Shown here piece after piece: positions 12,811 to 27,160 of a stretch of 64,000 nt of DNA. A program made the translations under genes and the position numbers. The stretch covers positions 35,836,001 to 35,900,000 of the forward strand of contig OZ024743.1 of assembly GCA_964016885.1 (NCBI GenBank), given 5' to 3'. The notes beneath the pieces are model-generated. The model was given only the letters and a program-made list of their open reading frames with translations, had not been told where the DNA came from and searched no databases. The stretch is from Eledone cirrhosa. Its lineage: Eukaryota. Position 1 is the first letter of the stretch, and each line of letters begins with the position of its first letter.

Positions 12811-14312
12811 ACACCACAGGCGTATACACGTGAAAGTATTGAGATAAGTAATTAAGAAATTACTTTAAAATGTTATCAAATTAAGCCAATTTATTAACGA
12901 AGTTCAATGCGATTGGTTAGAGATAGATAGCAGTGTAACCAATGAAGGCAGACATATTGGATTTTTGAACATTAAATATCCCCCATTTAAATAACTCAAC
13001 GTATAAACCAGAATAAAGAGAATGAATGAAAATAATAATGGTTTCTGATTTAGGCACGAGGCCAACAATTGTTGGGGAGGGGCAAGACGATTAAATCGAC
13101 ATCAGTGCATTACTGATGCTGTATTTTATCGACCCTCGGCGGGTTAGCTTTGTCTTTCATCCTTACTGGTCGATCTGCAGCATGTGAAGATGGTGATATT
13201 ATATGATGGCTATATATGAGTTTAGATTCTGCTGTAGACGAGGTGGTAGTAGTCTAATTCTAGTTCAGCCCTGTGTCTTCATTTTATTATATATCATACA
13301 TTTCTTACTAAAGTATTTATAATTCCAAGTGAGGATATATCAATTCAAAGTGAGAATAACGGTTCCAAGGTGAGCATATTCTCAAAGGGAGAATAGTGAT
13401 TTCAAAATGAGCTTATATCATTTCAAAGTGGGGAAAAGAGATTCATAGTGAGCTCATGTCATTTAAACAAAACCTAAACTTAACTTGATTTAATTAGCCA
13501 AGAGTACATAATGTATCTCTCATATAGAACATACAGCAGTGAACTATCACTTAGAGAGAACGATATTATAAACAGAATAAAACGAAACGCCCATTCTATA
13601 TGAATCCCAGTCGTAGACATTCGTTTTCTATCTGGCGGAGTGTGCAGTTTCTAAAATCGTTGCTCGAACGGATTTTTGTACGCACAGTGGCACAGTGCAA
13701 CATCCTATCGTTTAAGAGGTAACCTATTTATTCTTTAAATTGTTTTTGTAATGCCTAGACAAATAGCAACAAATGAATGTGGAACAAAGAAACAACCAGT
13801 ATCAAAAGTTGCTTGCAGTTAGTTCATAGGTTGATATGATCCTGGATCAGACTACAAAGACCTCGATCAATCTATAGGTATTGATTTTAAGACTACAAAC
13901 AACTGTCTCATCCTCAACTTTCATAATTATACCTATCACCTTTGAGCAATGATTCTCATTTTCCAGTCTGTACAGAGTCTTCTTGAATTTATTTGGGAAA
14001 GTTAAATGAAGACATGAGATTGGAGTTACTACAAAAACTAGTTGTTAACAATAGTTGCATTTCAGCAACCATAGGTGCAATATTAGTAACAAGAAAAATA
14101 TTGGTTCTAGTGCCCGAGGATAGAAATCTACATAATGTGGTTGTTGCTAGACATGAATTTGCCAACTAGCATTTCTCAGGGAAAACATTGATGTTGGATG
14201 GTTTAATAAATGGTTAAATCTAGTCATTCCAATTAGCAGGCCGTAAGCCGGTCATAGAATTACGTATTATGTAATTGTGCAGCAGTAAAACCGGCCTTCT
14301 ATTTTCTTTGAA

Positions 14313-14355
<43 letters not shown>

Positions 14356-14430
14356 TACATATGTATACTTATATATATATAAATATATATATATACACAC
14401 ACACATACATATATACACTTATATATATAT

Positions 14431-15121
14431 ATATGAAAAACACGGGGAGAAGAATACTGCATGGTTGCACATGGATTACATATTATAAAATGAGTCCCTC
14501 ATCAGTGATTTGCCAACCATCATTGGTATTTCATCGCATTAAAAATCAGATACCTCAGGTTGGTGCGAGCAATGACTAAAATAAGCTATTGGGACAAGTG
14601 AAACGCGTAAAGCGAGTGAGACAAGTAAACAACAGAAGGAAAAGCAAACCGAAGGTTGGGAAAACAGCAGGCAACATGATAGTTATCCGATCAGTATAAG
14701 CTGGGTGAATTTCATGAGCGGTCAGAGAAGCAGACCGTACGCCGTGAATGCGGTGTGAGAAAGAAGGAACCCCACTACTAGCGAACGGGAGGAAGTGAGA
14801 AGGGGAGAAACAGAGAGTGAGTGAGTGGAAGTGCGAGGAAGAGGTCAGTCGAGAGAAAGTGTTAACTGACAGAGGGGGCGAAAGAGGGTAAGAGAAACAG
14901 AGAGAACGGGGGAGCAGTAAGAGAGAAAGAGAGAAACAGATAATCGCAGTTTAGGTAAATATATATGAAAAACAAGGGGAGAAGAATACTGCATGGTTGC
15001 ACATGGATTACATATTATAAAATTAGTCCCTCATCAGTGATTTGCCAACCATCATTGGTATTTCATCGCATTAAAAATCAGATACCTCAGGTTGGTGCGA
15101 GCAATAACTAAAATAAGCTAT
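14431..15121. mobile_element. Element with ~159-bp direct repeats (14431-14589, 14963-15121) flanking a purine-rich core; probable tandem pseudo-LTR
   Basis: Near-identical direct repeats with CTGATGA on the minus strand. The same family forms an inverted pair at 38968-39215. Confidence 0.65.
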
Positions 15122-15208
15122 ATATATATATATATATGTGTGTTTGTATGATATTTATAGAACAATGAAAACAAAACAAAATTCAGAGATAGGTAGTTAA
15201 TTAGTTCA

Positions 15209-15324
15209 ATGTTTTACGACTGTTTCAAAAGGTTGATTGATCGTGGAAGATCAGTAGTGGTTACGTCGCTACCTGTTTCTAGTCTCGAAATTCCTGATCG
15301 ATTGTCCGTCCTCTTCAGAAACAC
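15209..15324 (-). ncRNA. Type I hammerhead motif with long stem II
   Basis: Minus strand: GTGTTT-CTGAAGA-...-GAAAC-AGTC-GTA-AAACAT. Stem I pairs; stem II is imperfect. Confidence 0.6.
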
Positions 15325-15459
15325 TAAACGATGATTTTATTTGCTATATATATAAAGAGACGCCATCTGGACGCAATCAGAGAAGCGATACAAATACGGA
15401 CATACATAAATTAAGAGTGGTGGAAGTAGAAAGTATAGAAAGATGTGTAAATAAAGATA

Positions 15460-15520
<61 letters not shown>

Positions 15521-15521
<1 letters not shown>

Positions 15522-17012
15522 GAAGAAGAGTGAGAAGGAGTTGGATGTGCTTGTTGACACTGTCCGTATTTCCAGCAATGATATATGTATGCAATTTGGT
15601 ATTAGTAAGTGTGGAGTCCTTGTGATGAGGAGGGGTAAATTGAGCAGAAGTAACGGTATCCAGGTACCAACAGGTGAGATGATAAAGGAAATTGACTCTG
15701 AGGAAGGATACAAGTATTTGGGCGTTCTGGAGGCCGATGACATCAAGAACAAAAAAATGAAGGAATTGATAAGAACTGAATACCTTCGGAGAGTAAGGAG
15801 CGTATTAAAGTCACATCTGAACAGTAGGAATGCCATAAGTGCAGTAAATTCCTGAGCTGTGTCTATTATTAGGTACAGTGCGGGAATTCTGAGATGGAAT
15901 GTTGCTGAACAAAAAGAAATGGATAGGAAGACTAGGAAGCTATTGACTATCTACAACATGTTCCACAAGAGGAGTGATGTCGATAGACTCTACTTAAGGA
16001 GATCTGAAGGTGGAAGAGGTCTTATCAGCATAGAGGATGTGTTCAGATGGAGAAAAACAACCTACACAAATACGTGACTGATAGTAAGGAGCCAATGCTC
16101 AGAACTGTACTGAAGGAGGGGACAATAGGCCAGGGGATGTCCAAGGAGGAAATAACATCAAGGAGAAAGAGCAGCCTTCAGGAAAAATCCCTTCATAGTA
16201 CCTTCTTTGAGAAAACTGAATTTAGAGATCCACAGACATGGAACTGGTTGAAAAGAGGAGACCTTAAAACGGCTACAGAAGGAATGTTAATGGCTGCGCA
16301 GGAGCAGGCCCTCAAAACAAAGTGGTTGAAACACCACATTTACAAGGAGGAGGCTAGCCCACTGTGCAGGATCTGTGGAGAGAGAGAGGAGACTGTGGCT
16401 CACATTGTATCCGAGTGTAAACACCTAGCCCAGACTCACTATAAGGGCTGGAGACATGATGTGATGGGCAGGGTGATCCACTGGCACCTATGCAAAGTAA
16501 ACAATTTACCACATTCTGAGAAGTGGTATGAGCATAAGCCAGAGGCGGTGATAGAAAACGATCAGGTGAAGGTGCTGTGGGATTTTAGGATACAGACGGA
16601 CAAGAAACTGGAACACAATAGACCTGACCTGATAGTTTTGGACAAAGAAAAAAGATCGTGCCTGATTGTGGATGTGGCCTGCCCATTCGACACGAGAGTG
16701 CAAGAGAAGGAGAGGGAGAAAATTAACTGATACCAGGACTTAAAGTGGGAGGTAAAAAGGATTTGGAACTGCCATGAAATCAAAGTGATCCCGATTGTCA
16801 TAGGCGCACTAGGGACTATCTCAAAAAGTTTCCAGGGATGGTTAAGGAAAATTGGCCCCTTCACGCTTTTTGGAACGCTTCAAAAGGCATACTTGCTGGG
16901 AACAACAAGAACCCTCCGATACGTCCTGAATATCTGAGGCTGCAGGTAGTGGCTTGATATTCATTTCAACAAACTTTCCGGTTAACTAACATCAATGACT
17001 GAGACTCAAAGA
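15521..17012 (+). mobile_element. 5'-truncated R4/Dong-clade non-LTR retrotransposon (RT C-terminus, CCHC knuckle, restriction-like endonuclease), with stops and a frameshift
   Basis: YKYLG; CRICGEREETVAHIVSEC; RHD; LWDFRIQTD..RPDLIVLDK..IVDVACP. Flanked on both sides by (TAA)n. Confidence 0.9.
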
Positions 17013-17014
17013 AC

Positions 17015-17050
<36 letters not shown>

Positions 17051-17060
17051 TATTATTATT

Positions 17061-17560
17061 ATTCTGAGAAGTGGTATGAGCATAAGCCAGAGTCGGTGAT
17101 GGAAAACGATCAGGTGAAGGTGCTGTGGGATTTTAGGATACAGACGGACAATAAATTAGAACACAATAGGCCTGACCTGGTGGTTTTGGACAAGGAAAAA
17201 AGATCGTGCCTGATTGTAGATGTAGCCTGCCCATTTGACACGAGAGTGCAAGAAAAGGAGAGGGAGAAAATTAACCGATACCAGGACTTAAAGTGGGAGG
17301 TAAAAAGGATTTGGAACTGCCATGAAGTCAAAGTGGTCCCGATTGTCATAGGCGCGCTAGGTACTATCTCAAAGAGTTTCCAAGGATGGTTAAAGAAGAT
17401 TAGTCCAGCCCCGATTTTTGGAACACTTCAAAAGGCATGCTTGCTGGGAACAGCAAGAACCCTCCGATACGTCCTGAATATCTGAGGCTGCAGGCAGCGG
17501 CTTGATATTTATTTCAACAAACTTTTCAGTTAAATAACATCAATGACTGAGACTCAAAGA
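17061..17560 (+). mobile_element. Second, shorter tandem copy of the same R4/Dong element (REL domain + 3' UTR)
   Basis: ORF 17096-17485 is near-identical to the 3' end of the previous copy. It is preceded by (TAA)n/(TAT)n and followed by a short TAA run. Confidence 0.9.
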
Positions 17561-17574
17561 ATAATAATAAAATA

Positions 17575-18135
17575 ATTGTTTCTACATTTGGAACAAGGCC
17601 AGTAATTACCCAGTGCATTACTGGTACTTTATTTTATCGACCCCGTAAGGATGAAAGGCAAAGTTGACCTCGGCAGGAATTGAACTCAGACTGTAAAAGG
17701 CCGTAACTCTATGCTGCAAAGCATGGCGTCCGACCTTCTACCGATACTGCCATCCACAGCCATTTAAACCATAATAATAATAAAATAATAATGGTTTCTT
17801 ATATAGGCACAAAGCCAGCAATTTTGAGGGAGGAGAAAGTCAATTAACTCGACCCCAGTGTCTGACTGGTACTTTATTTTATCGACCCCGTAAGGATGAA
17901 AGGCAAAGTTGACCTCGGCGGGATTTGAACTCAGACCATAAAGGCCAATAAATCTATGCTGCAAAGCATGGCGTCCGGAATAATAATAATAATTGTTTCT
18001 ACTTTAGGCACAAGGCCAGCAATTATCCAGTGCATTACTGGTACTTTATTTTATCGACCCCCGTAAGGATGAAAGGCAAAGTCAACCGCGGCGGGATTTG
18101 AACTCAGATCGTAAAGGGACGTAACTATGCTGGAA
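17575..18135 (-). mobile_element. Three tandem tRNA-derived SINE copies
   Basis: Reverse complement of B-box GAGTTCAAATCC and body GCCTTTCATCCTTACGGGGTCGATAAAATAAAGTACCAG, with AAT-type tails. Confidence 0.85.
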
Positions 18136-18315
18136 ATAGGAACATAACACTGAGGGCGTTATTGAAAATGATGATGCGAAGATCCTGTGGGACTTTGTGA
18201 TACAGTGTGACCATGAGATTGAGCATAGGAGAGCAGGTATTGTACTAATTGAGAAAGAAAGCAAACAGTGTTGGATCATAGATATAGCCTGCCCACCTGA
18301 TAACAAGGTATGCAA
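18136..18315 (+). mobile_element. Degraded REL-endonuclease fragment of another R4/Dong-type LINE
   Basis: ENDDAKILWDFVIQCDHEIEHRR..IIDIACP. Confidence 0.7.
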
Positions 18316-18454
18316 TAAACACACATATATACATATATACACACACATATGTATCTATGCATATACCCACTCTACTACCTCAAGTATCGAGTACTCTGGT
18401 GCGTAATGGTTCACTCGGCATCTTACCACACCCTCTTTGTTATATATATATATA

Positions 18455-18485
<31 letters not shown>

Positions 18486-19184
18486 CATACGTACTCATAT
18501 ACATACATATCCATTTATATTTAGACAGGTACGGAGATACGTATACACAAGACTAGATGGAAAGACTCCTATGTGTACGCAAGTACATGCATGAAGGTAT
18601 ATAGAAATGCACACATGCATACACAACTGAAGAGAAACCAGAAATTTAAGGTGAGAAAGGAAAAATATGGTGACCCTCTAAACAACAAAAGCATGAACAC
18701 CGAGTCAGTTTCTCATTATTGTCTTCCGAAGAAGGGTTTTTAGACCCGAAATAATAGGACAGGTAAAGAAAATAACAAGTTGCCTTCAATGTATTCCGAA
18801 CTCCGCCGTCTATTTTGCATTGCCGTAGCCTTCGAATAACATACAGAGGAGGTAATTAGCCGAAATTGCGGTACATATTCTACTTCACAAATATATATTC
18901 ATACAGGAGTTTCAATGTCAATGGATTTTAAACTAAGAACATAAAGAACCCGAACACATACTGCAATACAGTTGGTCCAACACTCCGACATCTCTGTCAA
19001 GCCACAGTACTTGTTTAATAGGAACTGTAAAGCTCCTACATCCACCGTTATCTGAAGTATTGATGGCGGAGGAACATTACTTTATCCAGAAGGTTAGACT
19101 ATGCGATTTTCATATACCAATACATGAAAGAAAATACAAGTTAGGACAAAGTCATCCTGTGAACTCATCGAAGAAGGCAAACAG

Positions 19185-19520
19185 TTGTCCTTCAAAAACC
19201 ATGATAATTTCAAGGTCAATGCAAACATGAACTGCAAAACGAAAAACCTAATATATTGCGCAACATGTCCACAGTGTAAAGAGTATTACATTGGGGAAAC
19301 CGGAACGGGACTACATGATAGAGTCCGGGTACATAAACAACAAATTAAAGACCCAACAGTCAGAAATACCACATGTAGCGCACACTTTGCATCATGCGGG
19401 AAGGGAAAATTCACAATCTTCCCTTTCTTCAAGATATGGTCGGATAACGAACATTTCCGCAGATATAAAGAAGAATTCTTCATTGAAAAATTTAAACCAC
19501 TACTGAACACGAAAAAATGA
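19185..19520 (+). pseudogene. GIY-YIG endonuclease of a Penelope-like element (3' fragment)
   Basis: NCKTKNLIYCATCPQCKEYYIGETG..RVRVH..C..HF..RRYKEEFFIEKFKPLLN matches the PLE GIY-YIG pattern. Followed by (TA)n. Confidence 0.85.
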
Positions 19521-19588
19521 ATTAACACTTGGAGGTAAAATTCCATTTCACTAACCCCCCTCTTCTTATGTGTACACATGAATATATG

Positions 19589-19665
<77 letters not shown>

Positions 19666-19720
19666 GTGAGGTTTTTTTTACAAAATGAAAAATAACCGAG
19701 GTGTCCTACACGAGTGGAAG

Positions 19721-19872
19721 TATAAAGAAAAAGGGATGAAATCGAAAATGCAACTGAAGTCTTATTTTTTTTAAAAATATATATATTTATTAAAAAAATA
19801 AGACTTCAGTTATATATATATATTTTAAAAAAAAATAAGACTTCAGTTGCATTTTCGATTTCATCCCTTTTT

Positions 19873-19879
<7 letters not shown>
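19721..19879. repeat. Palindromic remnant made of the tail of the 11661 hammerhead family
   Basis: AAAATAAGACTTCAGTTGCATTTTCGATTTCATC matches 11727-11770 and is present as an inverted pair plus an extra internal piece. Confidence 0.8.
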
Positions 19880-19956
<77 letters not shown>

Positions 19957-20001
19957 ATGTATGTGTATGTATGTATGTGTGTATGTATGTGTTTGTATGT
20001 G

Positions 20002-20075
<74 letters not shown>

Positions 20076-20129
20076 TATATATGTGTGTATATATATGTAT
20101 ATGTGTGCATGTGTCTGTATGTGTTTATG

Positions 20130-20164
<35 letters not shown>

Positions 20165-20172
20165 TTGTATGC

Positions 20173-20218
<46 letters not shown>

Positions 20219-20300
20219 ATATATGTGTGTGTGTGTATGCATATATGTGTGAACGGATGTATATATACGGACATATGTATATGTGTGTGTGTGTGTACAC

Positions 20301-20334
<34 letters not shown>

Positions 20335-21206
20335 ATATGTATATTTAGTTATGTATCTTTATGTGTGTATATATATGTATATGTATGTATATATATATAT
20401 ATATATATATACCCATGTGGAGGTATGAGTACATATTCGTGTGTGTACGTATGTGTATATATGTTTTTATATGTGTCTTTATATGTTTTTATGTATGTGT
20501 GTGGATGTATATGTACATGGGTGTGTGATTGATGGTGTGTGCTTATATATTCCTACGTATGCCCGTGTGTGTATGTACGTATATACGCACATATGTGTGT
20601 GTTGAACAAAGGACTAATTTTGGGATGGACGTAGAAAAATTCTTCAGAAAAAAATAATTGTTTACAAGCTTGGCAGGTGCGGTTTGCCTATGACCATTTT
20701 CGATACAAAGGAATACTAAAAGCTTTTTCCCCTGAATAAAGGAATTTTTCGAGAATGACCGGGGCAGGCCGCGCTTGCTACATCTCTCCCCACCCAACCC
20801 TACTCACTGTCTCAACTCATTACTGCTATTAACATTTTTTCAACACACCTACACCCCTACACTTATTAAAGGGGGAGAAAAAACCCCCCACCGCACCACA
20901 AACATGTTAAATCCCTATATATAGAACAACACACCACATACACATCAGTTTGACAAGCGCACCTCAGCGTGAAAGGTCTTTCTAAAAACGAAACAATACC
21001 TCCTACGTTAACCAAGAACTCCTAAGACCTAACCAACAACCAACGACTCAATTTATAAAATAAAAAAAATTAAAAAATTTTTAATCCGAAAAAAAGTCTT
21101 TTGGGATTTTGTGAAGAAAATAAATTTGTTGAAAGCACAAGTGAAGCCATTTTTTTCTTCCCCCCTGTCTTAATATACCTAACTGTACCAAGGATTACAC
21201 ACATTT

Positions 21207-21304
<98 letters not shown>

Positions 21305-21346
21305 GTATATATATATATGTACATATATATATATATACACTTACAT

Positions 21347-21386
<40 letters not shown>

Positions 21387-21764
21387 GCATATATATACAT
21401 GTATATATATGTGTATGGGTATGTGTGCGTGTGTGCGTGGAAACATGTATATGTATATGTATGCGTGGATGCATGAGTGATTGTACGTTTGGTAATGATA
21501 TAAAAAAAGAATGATTGAATAATTAAATATATATATATATATATAAATAAACAAAGAAATATATGTAGCTGCAAATAGTTGTTCGTATCTTTAAAAGAAA
21601 CTTTATTCAATATCAAAATCATAAATTCTGAAAATTGTGATAAAAAAAATAAAAATAACACACCCACATTCGACTTAAAATTATCAAAAGAAAACTTGTA
21701 TAATAACCAGGTCGTTAGACAGCGCCTAAGAAACTGGTAATACATTATGAATGTGCATATATTA

Positions 21765-21796
<32 letters not shown>

Positions 21797-21823
21797 GTAT
21801 ATCTATATCTATCTATCTATCTA

Positions 21824-21872
<49 letters not shown>

Positions 21873-21874
21873 TT

Positions 21875-21947
<73 letters not shown>

Positions 21948-22407
21948 TATATATGACTAATGCATAACTTGAACTCTTATTCCTCTCATTGTCATCATTG
22001 ATATCGTTGTTGTGTTTGTGTTTTCAGAGAAATGCTTACTGGTAAGCGAATAAAGCAAGCAAACAAACAAAAGAAGCGATAAATAAAGAAATGTAATATA
22101 CAAAACGATGCAAACAGACCAAAGGAAAGAAAGCGAGGAGAACAAAATAAAAATGGCGGCTTAGAAATATGAAAGTAGTTTCGACCGACACAGACAGTAC
22201 AAAGACTGCTGGCTTGTTTGTTCTAATGTTTGGACTCAACATTTGTTTAACGTTCTATGCACATTAGAACATTCTCATATGCATCGATGAACATCGATAA
22301 TAAATATATTTCATATATACATATACACATATATACACAAACCCTTCTAACGTATACTTACATACATACATATATATATATATACATACATTCATGCATA
22401 CATGCGA

Positions 22408-22438
<31 letters not shown>

Positions 22439-22515
22439 TACACACACACATACACACATATATATTATATATATAATACAAAAACGTGTACAGAAGACAA
22501 TTACATACAAGCATA

Positions 22516-22562
<47 letters not shown>

Positions 22563-22833
22563 GTAATATGTGTGTGTATGTACACACACATGCACCCACA
22601 CCTATTGGGTGGGTGTTTAGTGCGTGTGTGAGTGTGAAGAGTAACAAAGCCGAAGACACCTGAATACGTATATAAAATGTATGAAACATACTGACAACAT
22701 TCACCCTTATGAGAGAATCTCATACTTACATACAGATATGGACACACCTACACACACACATGCAAGTACACGCATACATATTTATATCCATACATGTGCA
22801 TACATATAGGCATGCGCACACACTCTCTCTCTT

Positions 22834-22892
<59 letters not shown>

Positions 22893-23379
22893 GAGATGGA
22901 CAATAATATACGAAATACAACTAGCACAAGTGAGCGTTCAAATATGCAGATTTGCACTTGCTCACCCTGTTTCCTTATATGGCGTTGTAATACACGGATA
23001 CACACAGTCACTCAATCTCTTAATTCTGTCCCAATCTCTTTCTCCTCCAATCAATCTATATTTTCTTCCCATCTTTCCTTTCTTTCTCTATCTTTTTCTC
23101 ATTCTCACTCTTTTATCTCTTTCTTTTACTTTTTCTTTCTCTCTCTTTTATCTTCTCACCCTCTGTCCTCCAGCTCTTCCATCTCTCTCTCTCTCTCTTC
23201 CACACTCTCCACACTCTCCCCCCTCTCTCTCTTTTCTACCTTCTCCCCTCTGTCTTCTACCTTCTCCATCTCTCTCTCCCTTTTCCACACTCTCCACACT
23301 CCCCCTCTCTCTTTTCTACCTTGTCCCCTCTGTCTTCCACCTTTTCCATCTCTCTCTACCTCTTCCATACTCTCCACAC

Positions 23380-23453
<74 letters not shown>

Positions 23454-23589
23454 CTCTCTCTCCCTCTTCCATCTCTCTCCGTACAATCTATAAAGCTTTG
23501 ATTATTGAATAATTATATTGTCTGTTCACAGCCGCCTTTCAAATGGGAGCGGGTGGTGAAGCTCGTTTTCCTTTGCAGCCTCTTATTAG

Positions 23590-23684
23590 AGAAGAAGAAG
23601 AAGAAGAAGAAGAAGAAGAAGAAGAAGAAGAAGAAGAAGAAGAAGAAGAAGAAGAAGAAGAAGAAAACGAAGAAAACGAAGAAA
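23590..23684. repeat. (GAA)n microsatellite
   Basis: Direct reading. Confidence 0.95.
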
Positions 23685-24659
23685 CATTGCTGAGCCTTTG
23701 TATTAATCCACCCAGCTTCATTCATCACCACCTCTTACCGCTCCTAATATGAAACCTAGCCACCCACACTGACACCAACAATGTCATCGACCAGCATATC
23801 AATACTCCCCCCTCCCCCCACCCGAGTGATTGGAATTGTAGAAGGTAGTTTATGAAAAAGAGAAGAATAGTTGGAATTCCGCCATGATACAATATGGCAG
23901 CAGTAGAACGATATATGGCAAGAAAAACATGTTTCATGTACTTTTATTTTTATTTATTTAGTTTTATTTATTATTATTTATTATTTTATTTATTCTTATT
24001 GCTGAGATTGCTTTAGCGGACAGTGCGCATGTCACAGTTTACAGTGAAATAAATGGCTATTTGAATCGAGGAGAAATGAGTAAATAGACAGACATCGAGC
24101 GATGTGGAGCATTGTGTGTGTGTGTGTGTGTGTGAGAGAAAGATATGAGGAGAAAAATGAGGAGAAAATGAAAGGGATAGAAAGATGAAGGAGAGAGAGA
24201 AAGAGTGAGAGACTAAGGGAGAGAAAGGAACTTGAAAGTGAAAGATAGAGAAATAGAAATGAGTTTGAGTAAAAGACAGAAAGAATATACATTTTGAAAG
24301 AATTAGAAAGAGTGGCTGAGGTGCAGAGGAGAAGAAAGAGGGGAATTATATATAAAATAGTGGAGAGAAAGATGGACAGAGAGAGAGAAAAAAAAGGGAA
24401 AAAAGACCTAGGAGAAAACAGAGAAAAGGAGAGAGAGTGAGGGGGGAGGGAGGAGACAGTGAAAAGGAAAGAGAAAGAGAGAGCGAGGATAAAAAAGGTA
24501 AAAAATGAATGAAAACGTAAGAGATAAAGAAACCGGATTGCTGATTGAAGGAAATAGAAAAAAAAATGAGAATGAATGAAAGAAGGATAAAAATAGAGGT
24601 GGAGGAAAAAGATAAGAAAACTGTTTCGATTAAATTAGTTTTCTTTTCATTTTGTCACC

Positions 24660-24733
24660 CTTTCTTTCTTTCTTTCCTTCTTTCTGTCTTTCCTTCTTTC
24701 CTTCCTTACTTTCTTTATTTTTCTTTCTTTCCT

Positions 24734-24772
<39 letters not shown>

Positions 24773-24822
24773 CCCTTTCTTTCTCTTTTTCTTCCTTTCT
24801 CTTTTTCTTCCTTTCTTCCTTC

Positions 24823-24893
<71 letters not shown>

Positions 24894-24930
24894 TTTCCCT
24901 TCTTTCTTTCTCCCTTCTTTCTTCCTCTCT
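24660..24930. repeat. (TTTC)n microsatellite
   Basis: Direct reading. Confidence 0.9.
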
Positions 24931-25401
24931 TTATTTCTTCCATATTTTCCATTTTTCTTTCGTTCATCCTTTCATATTTCCTACCATTTATTTCCATATA
25001 AATCTACTGTAATTTTGATTATTGAATATGGCTGACAATAGGATATATCTCTGTTGCTGACGTAGATTTATCTAAACATAAACAGTTACTGACATTCAAA
25101 TGGCGGATAGGATAGACATTAGAAGAAGGATGTCCTGTAATAATTGAATTTCAGTATTGAGTCCATATAATAGGATAAATCTCTCGCTCTCTCTTTCTTT
25201 CTCCACACACACACATACACACATACACACACTCTCTCTTTTCTTCTTCCATCCCTCTCTGATGCTCCAGGAGGTTTAGTACAAGTATATAGTGAATCAC
25301 TTGTAAAAAGTAGGAGTAAGATCCAGGGAAATAAATTCTGAAGTTAAAGATCTATTTCTGGTTAACTCTTAACGTCCTGTACTGCATGAAAACCAAATTA
25401 G

Positions 25402-25449
<48 letters not shown>

Positions 25450-25560
25450 CAAAGAAAGTGTGGTAAGGAACCAGGTAGACCATAACGCACCAGAGTACTC
25501 GATACTTAGAGTAGTAGAGTGGGTAATAGGAAAAGAGTCAGGAGCCCTGACTTTTTTCAG

Positions 25561-25591
<31 letters not shown>

Positions 25592-25592
25592 A

Positions 25593-25647
<55 letters not shown>

Positions 25648-25754
25648 CACATATATATCTTTATTTTATATAGAAATAACTCCTATATAGAATTGACCTT
25701 CCCAAAACTGGTGGTCTCGTGCCTAAATTAGATAACATTACTATTACTGTCTTA

Positions 25755-26160
25755 AGGGCAATGGATTGGCAGTATTGGAAGAGTATTTACATTATTTACA
25801 GCTTTCTATATTCTGAGTTGAAATTCTGTCGAGGTTAACTTTGCTTTCCATCCTTCCGGGGTCGATGAAATAAAGTACCAGTTAAATACTGGGGTTGATA
25901 TAATCGACTTCCTCAATGTCCAAAAATGTTGGCCTCGTGCCTAAATCAGAAACCACTATTATACATTTCTCGACGGTGGATTGGCTGTATCGGTAAAGAG
26001 TCGGACGCCATGCTATGCAGTATAGAGTTACGGCCCTTTACGGTCTGAGTTCAAATCCCGCCGAGGTTAACTTTGCCTTTCATCTTTACGGGGTCGATAA
26101 AATAAAGTACCAGTAATGTACTGGGTAATTGCTGACCTTGTGCCTAATATAGAAACAATT
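25755..26160 (+). mobile_element. Two tandem tRNA-derived SINE copies
   Basis: A-box-like TGGCAGTAT/TGGCTGTATCGG, B-box GAGTTCAAATCC, conserved body and tail. Confidence 0.85.
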
Positions 26161-26228
26161 ATATATTTTTCCATTGTTTGTTCTCACTGACCAAGCACAG
26201 CTCTGACCACCTTGGTATTGTGCATTAC

Positions 26229-26588
26229 TCATCCCACTACCATCCACCACTACTACCCCCACTACCCCCACCACCACTACACCTACTAACCCCCTACCTC
26301 TACTACCCACCACCCTACCCCTCCTACTACCACTCATCCCACTACCATCCACCACTACTACCCCCCACTACCCCCCCACCACTACACCTACTAACCCCCT
26401 ACCTCTACTAACCTCCCCCCCCCCCCCCACCCCTCCAACTATCCATCATCCCACTACCACCCACCACTACTACCCCCACTATCCCCACCACCACAACTAC
26501 ACCTACTAACCCCTTACCTCTACTACCCACCACCCCTACCTCATCCAACTACCCCTCATCCTACTACCCCCACTACCACCCACCACTA
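26229..26588. repeat. C-rich degenerate tandem repeat (CCACTAC-based, ~100-bp units)
   Basis: CTCATCCCACTACCATCCACCACTACTACCCCCACT recurs. Confidence 0.75.
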
Positions 26589-26589
26589 A

Positions 26590-27160
26590 TTTTCCATTGA
26601 TTGTTGTCACTGACCAAGTACAACTCTGACCACCTTGGTTATGTGCAGTACTGATTTTGGCGTTGCTGTTTCTATTGTATTGAGAGTATTCTTCGTATAT
26701 GTGTGTATTGTCTAGTAGTGCCATTTTCTGTATGTGGTTTTGGTTATGCACCTGTCTGTGATTTTTCATCATTCTCCAGAGCAGCTATTATTACAGGGAT
26801 TGATTCTGTTTACATCATCTACATTCACCTTATTTCTATCTCCATATTTCTATATTTGGATATTTTGTCTAATTTATTGATAGATATATTGTCGTCTATA
26901 TGGACTAATACGTTAATTACTAGGCATTTCTTTCTTTGTGGTATTTCACTACAATAGCTCGTGGTTGACTTTCATTTCTCACATATTCCAGAACATCATT
27001 CCCTGACACCGTTTCTGGTATATAACTATACTACCTTTCTTCTGATGGTATTTCAAAGTGCTGGCATAACTTCCAGTGTGTATAAATCCCCAACTCTGTC
27101 ATGTACGTATATATACATTAATTTTTACTAAGACTACACAGCCAGAGACAATCTGCTTAA
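26590..27160 (-). mobile_element. Degraded 3' end of an R4/Dong-type LINE (REL domain); its 3' UTR is duplicated at ~26165-26228
   Basis: Minus-strand translation by eye: KERKCLVINV..DDNISINKLDKISKYRNMEIEI..IPVIIAAL..IQKMALL. Confidence 0.65.
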
